From: Octopus vulgaris
Taxonomy: Eukaryota
NCBI GenBank assembly: GCA_951406725.2
Contig: OX597821.1
Location: 12,958,001 to 13,022,000 of the forward strand
DNA length: 64,000 nucleotides
Direction: 5' to 3'
Below are positions 54,800 to 64,000 of this stretch, piece by piece. Each line of letters begins with the position of its first letter. The first letter of the stretch is position 1. The position numbers and the translations under genes were made by a program. Below the pieces are notes generated by a model, which did not search any database, had not been told where the DNA came from, and was given only the letters and a program-made list of their open reading frames with translations.

Positions 54800-56406
54800 A
54801 AGATCCAACAAGAGTCTCTAGGGTACGTTTTGGGGAATATTGTCAAAAGCCCTACGGAAATCGATCCACGTCGTACTTAGACCCTTTTTCTATTGGCAGA
54901 CTTCAGTTATGGCTTTGATGCTCAGTAATTTATCTTTGCAGCTATATGAACCTTTTCAGCATCCCAGCATCCCTTCTGATCTTCTAGAAACAAGTGGTTT
55001 TCTTCTAGATATCTTCCCATTCTCTGCAATATCATTGCAGTTATGGCTGTAAGATATATAGAGACATGTTATAGATCTGTATTTTTACGGATTTTTTGTC
55101 TCAGCTGATTTGGGTATTAGGACGATTTTTCCTCCTGTGAGCCATTCAGGTGTTGTCTCTGGTTCTGTTAGGTGGTAGTTATTGAGTTTTGTTGTGGCTT
55201 TTAATTCCTTGATTATACTCAACTTTAAAGTATCATAATAATGGTTTCTGAATTCTTCCTTTCCAGTTTTTCCTTCCCGGGTATTCTTTTGTTGATCTGG
55301 TTTAGTGGTTTGGGGATTTTGGTCATCATTAAGCATTCTTAGAGTTTGGGTTTGTTGTGTTTCTTCACCTACCTCATTTTTGTCGCACATAGGTCTATCT
55401 TCGTCTTTTTCAATCCCAATACTTTTGTAATTACTAGGTATTGTTCTATGGGCAGCATTGGCGTTTCCATGATGTATTTTTCGTTTTAAATGCTCTATTT
55501 CAGTTTCTGATTTATTTTTTGTTTTGTTTTTTCAGAGTGTATCTCGTTATATTGACAAGTTTGTAAGGATTCATCGATACTTCTAAATTAGGAAGTATTA
55601 GGAAATATTTTTCTTATAGATTTTCTGTAAGTATACTGTCGTAATTTCGTTTTGTGAGTAGAACACTGCTGCAAAAACAAAAGCGAGTACAACAGAAATA
55701 TCTATATTCATCTCCATTACATTTATGATCTTTCGATTTTATTTGAAGGTCATTAGGAATAACTCTCAGCCCTTTAATTAGACTGTCATCATTGTCGTAG
55801 GATAGCGATCCGCTCATTACTGGCGTTAAAAGATTTTTGCACGTGTAATTTTTCGTATTTTTAGTGTAATAAAATTAAAATATGGACTTCCCGTTTGTTA
55901 TTCTTGAGCTGAATAATGCAGGTATTATTTAATTTATATTTAATTTTTTGTGCATGATGTTGGAGGACAGAGACGGTCTGATGTTCATTTGAACCGTAAT
56001 GCGGAGTGCATATTTACATGTCTTATGTGAGTGAATGAGATTGTACACAATTATAATACATCATATCATGTGGAAAATAGGAATAAATTTAATGATTATT
56101 ACTTTAATGATTTAATGATTATTACTTACTGTTGCTTTTATCCCTGATATTTTTCGATAGATTTCGGAGTAATGTTTTATCGGTTTTACATATTAAACGT
56201 CCCCCTTGCATGCTAATTTACTTAGCAGAAATTTTATTTTCAGGTTTGGTGATAAGCTTCTTCAAATCTCAAGAATCTAATCTCTATGAGGATTCTTGCA
56301 GAATATAAGATGGTACTTTTCTATAGGGAGACATTGGCAGTTTCAATTCCAATCTCTTTCAGTGTTTTAAATAGTATTTGAGTGGTTGTACGAAGTGCCC
56401 CAATTA

Positions 56407-56585
56407 CTGTATTTTAACGCGTATAAGGAACCCTCGTGTAATAGAAACCCCCTAATTTGGGGGGCTTAAAATTTGGACTAAAGGTTTTGTAAAGGATCAT
56501 AACGCTATTCACGTATAAGAAACGGCATATTTTTTAAACCTAATTTTTGACAAAAAATGGGTTCCTTATACACGTTGAAATACGG
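56407..56585. mobile_element. Tc1/mariner-superfamily (Tc2/pogo-like) MITE
   Basis: TIRs CTGTATTTTAACGCGTATAAGGAACCC / GGGTTCCTTATACACGTTGAAATACGG with TA/TG flanks; nested in the LINE. Confidence 0.85.
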
Positions 56586-57299
56586 TGCTACGGAAATATT
56601 TCTTTTGATCTTCCACAGTCTCTCCATATCTCAGACTAGATCCTGATATTTCTCCATTTATTTTCAATTTCCTTGCGATCGTAAGAAATTCCAAAACCTA
56701 TGATCCTGTACTCTTAATTTATTATGTCCTCTACAATCATATCTGGCATTCATGCTTCAGTTATATGGTCAAGATTTAAGGGTTAGTCCCACAAGATCTT
56801 GAAACTCTCATTTCCTATCATAGCTTCTGGTTTGTGTTCATACGACTTTTGTATTGTTTAGAAGCCACACAATTGGTTCACATCTCAATGCACTTTTTTT
56901 TTGCCTTCACAGCCATGTCTGCTCTGAGTTCAAATCACGCCATGACCGATATATAATTCAGGTTCAACCTATTACAGGTGCCCCACCACTTCCACCACGA
57001 CCACCTCCACTCGGGCTGGCCTAGTGCCAATTGTTGCCTACTAGCATCTTCTAAAGTGTAGTAATGAGTCTAAAACAATACACCACCAGTTAATGAGAAA
57101 ATTCTCAGAGACTCTTGATATCCGAAAACTACGCAGTATAGTGGGCATTAGCATTCATCATGTAATAATGCCATTAATTTATAGCAGAAACTACTCACCC
57201 AAGTTCCCGCACATTAGGATCAGATCTCGAACCTGTAGGTTGCAAAGCAAACATTTTAATTACAGTCATAGTAGCGCCTCTATTGTTATTTCTGTTGCA

Positions 57300-57785
57300 G
57301 AGGCGGCAAGATAGCTGAATCGTTTGCATGCCGGGCATTCCTTACGTTCAGAGTTCAAATTCGCTGAGGTCGACTTTGACTTTTATTCTTTAGAGGTTGA
57401 TAAATTAAGTATGGGACCGATTCAGCCCACCCTAAACATTGCTGACCCTGTTCCAAAATTTGAGACTCGTATTATTATTGTTGTTGATTGTGCTTTATCG
57501 CTTTCATAGAAAAAATTCTATTTTTTTTTTCCATCAGTTTAAATATACTTTTCTACTCTAGGCACAAGTCCCGAAATTTTCTGAGGTGGGGCCAGTGGAT
57601 TAAATCGACCCCAGCACGCAACTGGTACTAAATTTATCGACCCCAGCACGCAACTGGTACTAAATTTATCGACCCCGAAAGGCAAAGTAGACGTCAGCGG
57701 AAATTGAACTCAGAGCATTAAGACAGACGAAATGCCGTTAAGGATTTCATCTATTGTGCTAACATTCCTGCCAGCTCGCCGCCCT
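57300..57785. mobile_element. Two family M SINEs tail-to-tail (57300-57480 plus; 57545-57785 minus, with an internal ~30-bp duplication)
   Basis: GAGGTCGACTTTG domain on both strands; duplicated ATCGACCCCAGCACGCAACTGGTACTAAATTT. Confidence 0.8.
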
Positions 57786-57860
57786 CAATCCCTTTAAATA
57801 TTAACTGAATTATCCTCCTTCCCATACATCCTTTCTCAGCCATTTTCTTGCCTTATGAGT

Positions 57861-57922
<62 letters not shown>

Positions 57923-58090
57923 GTTGTATACTGTCAATCTAACAAGAACGTGACAGTAGGGGGTACACCACCGCTGTATAGCCCTAGGAAGCATCGAACG
58001 CCTCCTGATGGCTTTGACACATTTTTCCCTGTGTCCTTATATACATATACGAAGGGGAGACAAACACCCCCGGCTGCCGAAGCTGCATCT

Positions 58091-58130
58091 AGGGACACGT
58101 GTTTCAGGATCGTTGTCCTTCATCGGCCCC
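58091..58130 (-). ncRNA. Minimal type I hammerhead ribozyme (U4C core variant) in a Penelope-like unit 57917-58130
   Basis: Minus strand GGGG-CCGATGA-AGGA(caacga)TCCT-GAAAC-ACGT-GTC^CCT; palindromic stem III ACACGTGT; GUC cleavage triplet. Confidence 0.65.
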
Positions 58131-58134
58131 ATGT

Positions 58135-58532
58135 TTTACTTGTTTCAGTCATTTGACTGCGGCCATGCTGGAGCACCGCCTCTAGTCGAGCAAATCGACC
58201 CCAGGACTTATTCTTTGTAAGCCTAGTACTTATTCTATCGGTCTCTTTGCAGAACCGCTATGTTACGGGGACGTAAACACACCAGTATCGGTTGTCAAGC
58301 GATGTTGGGGGGACAAACACAGACACACAAACACATATACACACACATATATATATACATATATACGACGGGCTTTTTTCAGTTTCCGTCTACCAAATGC
58401 ACTCACAAGGCTACCAAATGCACTCACAAGGCTATACTAGAAGAGACCCACCCAAGGTGCCACGCAGTGCGACTGAACTCGGAACCATGTGGTTGGTAGG
58501 CAAGCTACTTACCACACAGCCACTCCTGCGCT
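58135..58532 (-). mobile_element. SINE family K, full length
   Basis: tRNA head GCGCAGGAGTGGCTGTGTGGTAAG..CGAGTTCAGTC, internal (TA/TG)n, tail GGCGGTGCTCCAGCATGGCCGCAGTCAAATGACTGAAAC. Confidence 0.9.
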
Positions 58533-58589
<57 letters not shown>

Positions 58590-58730
58590 AGACAGACAGA
58601 GACAGAGACAGTGACAGACAAACTGACTGACAGTCAGACATGCATACATACAGACAGACGGACAGACAGAACGACAGACAGGCAGACAGACAGTCAGAAA
58701 GGCAGACAGACAGACAGACAGACAGACAGT

Positions 58731-58836
<106 letters not shown>

Positions 58837-58896
58837 TAGATACATACATAGATAGATAAACAGGCAGACAGTGATAGACATACACACACACACACA

Positions 58897-59793
58897 CCCG
58901 AGATCTGATCAATAAGTATCCGAACTGTTGCTATAGTAATTAAAGCTAAAGCACGGACAATGAAACTGCTTGGCACATATTGACCTAAAACTCTGATGTG
59001 TATGCGCACAAACTTTTAACATTCTAGCTCACTACCACTGTTTACAGCAGCGCTTGGAAGGAAGGTGAGTAGCGTGTGATCGTCGCATTGACTATGACAG
59101 AGAAAGTTGTCATAACCTCACCTGCTAAATGTTGCCTACGCAATGGTGCAGAGAGTGTGTGGAGAGGAGTGTATGACCCGCGCACAAGTGTAGGAATGAT
59201 TCAGACGTTTCTAAGATCGCTTAAAAAATGTCGATATTAACGAACATTTTCGGAGACTCGCCACCAGCAGAACTGAGAAAAACATCGCAGATGTGTGTGT
59301 AGCTGTGAGGGGAAATCGTCGGATCACCATCTGTGAGTTATCAGAGGATGTGCAGATTATTTACGGTTCGGTTCAGTCCATTATCACTGAAGATTTTGAT
59401 ATTAGACGGGTATCTGCTAAGTTTGTGCCAAATCTGCTTTCAGCTTACCTAAAAGACACTCGGGTTTCAGTTGCACAAGATCTTGATTGTGTCGAGAACG
59501 ATGAAAGCTTTTTGAAAACTTTTTGTAGGCCTCTCAGCAGGTATTGCCAAGATTTTGGCAAAATTTGATGCAGATTCTCTGCTCAAATTCCTCTGTCACA
59601 GTCAATGCGATGATCACACGTTACAGATCCTCCTTCCAACCACTGCTGCAAACAATGAAAGAGAGCTAGAACGTTAAAACTTAGTTCTTATGCACAGCAG
59701 AGTTCACGGTCAATCTGTGTGAAGCGGCTTCACTCTCTGTGCTTTTAGCTTCATTACTATAGCAACATTCCTGAAACTTATTGATCAGACTAC
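58897..59793 (+). mobile_element. Mariner-derived element with ~200-bp inverted arms and transposase N-terminal relic
   Basis: TIR TCTGATCAATAAGT at both ends; RRITICELSEDVQIIYGSVQSIITEDFDIRRVSAKFVP (HTH plus WVP-like motif). Confidence 0.88.
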
Positions 59794-60619
59794 GGATTCT
59801 CATTTTTTGCCCTATTTTCCTCCTTTACTATTTTCAATCATTTCTTATACGAAATTTTACACTATTCAATTGTACTTTACATGAATAAACAATAATTTTT
59901 TTCTTACCTCATTCTTTTTCTTTATAATTTCTTTCATCATGTCGCTGTTCATCAACAGTAAAATTGTATTTCAGTCAGATGCCTCACATACATAAACACG
60001 CAAAATGTGTTGTAAAGACAATCAAATCAACAAACCAACATAAATTGATTAGTCGGTAAATAACACAAGAATTTCATTAATTTGTTTAATAGTAATTAGA
60101 TAATAGGTGTTTTTGTTGTTTTTTTTATTCTCCCACTCTGATGATCTTCATGTGTCAGTGCATGTTTTATTTTTGTATAGAAATTTGTTGCCAACAACTT
60201 CGAGAATATATCACAAAAGAAAGGCTGAAGCATTCGATTACAAGAGTCTTATTATAAACAAGCGTGTTTAAAATATACGCATCCATATATTAAAACATAC
60301 ATATAACACATGTATTCAAGCATACGTGCAAACTTACATCATATATGTGTGTGTGTATGTGTGCGTGTGTGTGTGTGTGTGCATGTGTAAACAAACACAC
60401 ATGGATCATGAGGATATAGCACAGTTATTGCAAATATTTTATATGAAAGGGAATATTTTATATTGAAACATGGCAGCAGTCCTATTTTCTTCTATAGAAT
60501 GTGGCCCAAAAGTAAGTTTACATTTATTCAACTATCTCTTGTACATTCATATATTAACAGTTTAGATCGTAATCATTAAAAGAAAATATGAAACCATTAT
60601 TCTATGCTAATTAATATAA

Positions 60620-61494
60620 TTACAGATGGGCTGAGGACAATAATATGCGGTTTAATGCTGAAAAATTCCAGGCCCTGCGCTACCAGCGTCCAAAACTGAA
60701 TATAAAACTTACATTGTACATTGGTCCATAGGGGATTAAAATCCCAGAGCCTAAATCAGTGAGGGACCTGGGTATCGACATGAGTGATGATACCTCTTTC
60801 CAAGTGCACATTACCAGGATGACCACAAAGGGCAGACAACTGGTTGGATTGGATACTGAGAACGTTCAGGACCAGGGAGAATAAAACTTTGATCGTCTTC
60901 TGGATGATATTCGGCCTCAGCCACATGGACTACTGCTCCCAGCTATAGTCAACCAACAGTGTAAAATTAACAGCGGATCTTGAAGCAATTCAGCGAAGCT
61001 TCACAAATTAGTTAGTCTCGTTGCTAGAACTCGGCTACTGGGAAAGGTTGAAACAGCTAAGACTCTACTCCCTGAAGCGACGGCGGGAGAAGTATGAAGT
61101 AATATACATTGAAAGCTACACCAATGCCAGAACGGGTCGACACTGCACATTGCCTAAGATCCGAGCAATGTCATCGCGCTTGAGGACCAGTTACTGCAAC
61201 AGCCTGAGTTTAAGGTGCCCACAGCTTTGTCAGTATTCTTCCAAAGAGCTTGAGGGACCTACACAAAGTGGATATAGGTCTTTTCAAATCAAAACTGGAC
61301 ATCTTCCAGTCGAAAGTCCAAGATGAACCTACCTCGTAGCAAGAGGTGCAAATGAGGGTAGCGACATCGAACTCCCTTATTCACCAAAATGCCACATATT
61401 AGAGGAAGCTCTCAATAAGAACAGTATAGCAAAACGGCGGTGTCCCATGCATGGCCGCAACTCTGACCTGAATATAAAATTGAATAAATAAATA

Positions 61495-61500
<6 letters not shown>
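60620..61500 (+). mobile_element. CR1-group LINE 3' fragment with long (AAT)n tail (to ~61665)
   Basis: WAEDNNMRFNAEKFQ, VRDLGI, WILRTFRTR, DYCSQL, YWERLKQLRLYSLKRRREKY. Confidence 0.9.
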
Positions 61501-61554
<54 letters not shown>

Positions 61555-61555
61555 C

Positions 61556-61599
<44 letters not shown>

Positions 61600-61600
61600 C

Positions 61601-61644
<44 letters not shown>

Positions 61645-62184
61645 CATAATAATATCAATAAACAATATGATTATAAGATAGAATTTTAAATGTAATGAAA
61701 TGTTTCAAAAGAAATTTGGAGTGCCTACGTGATAATAGTAAACCTACTTTTGGACCACAATGCATGTAATAAAAAGTATTATATTTCGTCCCTCGTTTTT
61801 TTTTCTTTTCAAATAACTATCTTTCAATGGCCATCAATGTTTTAAATCATATATATATATATATATATATATATAAGCTAAGAATATATTAAGAACATAC
61901 AGTATATAGGCTTACAATAAAAGCAATGTTAAAATTATATTTACAGAATGGGTGGAGTGTAGAGTGCATTGTAAATCAATATAGAAGTTGAAATCCGACG
62001 GTTGACTCTGGGGGCATTGGGGTGAAAAGAAGTAATAGAATTTCAGTATTATATTCAATATCACCGCCTCCTTCCTCGGAAACGTTTCCAACTGGTAACA
62101 CTACATATGTTATACACTATGGTGGAATTCGATGGATAACAACTGTAGCCTTAACAATTGATAACTTCCCTGAGGAAGTAGTCA

Positions 62185-62416
62185 GCGGGCGAGCTGGCAG
62201 TACCGTTAGCACGCCGGGCGAAATGTGTAACCGTATTTCGTCTGCCGCTACGTTCTGAGTTCAAATTCCGCCGAGGTCGACTTTGCCTTTCGTCCTTTCG
62301 GGGTCGATTAAATAAGTACCAGTTACACACTGGGGTCGATGTAATTGATTTATCCCATTGCCTGTCCTTGTTTGTCCCCTCTGTGTTTAGCCCCTTGTGG
62401 GCAATAAAGAAATAGA
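62185..62416 (+). mobile_element. SINE family M with Tx1-like tail
   Basis: Homologous to 33281-33513. Confidence 0.92.
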
Positions 62417-63037
62417 TATTAAATTATTAGAACTTGAAATCTATAACAACTTTGCACCACTATGTTCCCAGAAACGGCCATCGGATTTTAACGAATTATA
62501 AAACTCTATATATATATATAATATTTCCTACACTACACCCATTCTGTGTATATAAATTTAATATCACTTTTATTGTAAGTAGGAGTACATATTGTATCTT
62601 CATATATTCTTAGCATATTTATATATTATATGTATATATTTTAATGTAATTTTAATATATTTTTAATGTATTTTAAATATATTTTACGTGTAGCTATATA
62701 GTTATATGTCTGTATATTTTCAGTACGTTTTTGCGCACAATTTTACAAAATATATTTTAGTAAACTGTCTTTTGTCTTTCATCATTAAATGTGTGTGTGT
62801 GTGTGTATCTGCGTGTGCGTGTGTCTATACATATGTACCTATGCTTACTTTCATGCATATACACATTTTCGTATACCTACATACATGTGTGCATATGTGT
62901 GTGTACAGGAGAGAGAGGGAGGGAGAGAGGGGTGGTGGATGTTGATTCACAGATAACACGCATTCACGTAAAAGGGTTTTTGAGATTTGTATCGATGTAT
63001 CGACCATGTTCGCTGTTTGACAATAAGTGTGTGAGCA

Positions 63038-63076
<39 letters not shown>

Positions 63077-63761
63077 TACATATGTATTTATATTCAGATA
63101 TATAGGTATATACATATAAACACCTATGTACGCATTTAAGTAAATATATATTTGTGTGTAGATATATATAAATAGAGAGGTTCTTCGGTATATTTATGTT
63201 TGAATGCTTCTTCCTAATCTCATCCTATATATATATGTTTCTTAAATACACATTCACCATTGTGCATTTAGCTTTCCGTTAAACTTATTCCGTATATCTC
63301 TGAATCTTCACGTGTCGTGTAGCCTTTGATATTAAAGTCGCATGAACTGACCTCCAAACTATATCTGTAGTTCCTATTCAGAAATCTTGTATTCAGGTAT
63401 CCAGTTTTCCATAAGCAAATTGAATAGATGTTGTAGTCTCCTGATTTCAGTTGAGTAAATAACTCGGTATTTTTAGTAGATTGCCATCGAAAAGATTAAG
63501 TTTGAGACCCTGACCTCTTGGCTGTTTACGAGAGATCAACTTCGAAATCAATGCGAAACCTGGAAGAACTATTTTCAATTTTCAACAAACTACGTTTAAC
63601 CAAATACCGCCTCACAACGAATTGATTTTCTTGTTAAAATAACCTTTTGGTCCTGTCTAGCAATTCCATCTGTTTCGTAGTCAGTATTTCATTTAAATAT
63701 TTCTAGCTTGATAAACATCGTTCGTTTGACAGGAATATAACGTTCTATGCATCCCTTAATT

Positions 63762-63892
63762 TGTCGTCGTCGTCGTCGTCTTCTTGTTCGTCTTCTTCTT
63801 CTTCTTCTTCTTCTTCTTCTTCTTCTTCTTCTTCTTCTTCTTCTTCTTCTTCTTCTTCTTCTTCTTCTTCTTCTTCTTCTCATTCTTCTTCT
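63762..63892. repeat. (GTC)n/(CTT)n microsatellite
   Basis: Direct inspection. Confidence 0.95.
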
Positions 63893-64000
63893 TTGCGATA
63901 CTCTATGCCTAAAGGCCCTCGGTAATACTGACCTGGCTTGCCGCCCTCACCCAACAAACGCACATGTTAGTATAGTATTGGGTCTTTCAGATGGCAGCGA

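Larger units (their letters stand above)
54150..56900 (-). mobile_element. R4/Dong-like RLE LINE relics (5'/RT part 54150-55900; 3' RLE part 56100-56900)
   Basis: PETTPEWLTGGKIVLIPKSAETKNP*KYRSITCL and IDFRRAFD (RT); PDMIV and VIGAL motifs (RLE region); (AAT)-like tail near 56090-56125. Confidence 0.7.

Noticed and set aside
63689-63883. Poly-Arg protamine-like ORF
   Set aside because: It is a translation of the (AAG)n microsatellite.

Overview
This is an AT-rich, microsatellite-dense eukaryotic window; its SINE/LINE repertoire resembles octopus repeats (inferred from recalled repeat families, not a database search). Most ORFs in the supplied track are artefacts of (TA)n, (CA)n, (TATC)n, (CT)n and (GGT)n repeats, and no complete host gene is visible. 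Transposable elements dominate: a young, nearly full-length but frameshifted CR1-group LINE (42.9-46.4 kb, minus), relics of RTE, Tx1/L1, Hero-like, R4/Dong-like and CR1 LINEs, Penelope-like fragments, three non-autonomous Helitrons, mariner, hAT and MITE elements, and about 25 tRNA-derived SINEs in three families. The most notable observations are: (1) four unrelated short Penelope/retrozyme-like units, each carrying a minimal type I hammerhead ribozyme motif; (2) SINE families built from interchangeable bodies and 3' tails, with two tails matching LINE 3' ends in this same window, including a Tx1/L1-type partner; (3) a candidate first exon encoding an Asn-rich leader plus signal peptide at 18.9-19.2 kb. 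Boundaries of degenerate elements are approximate.
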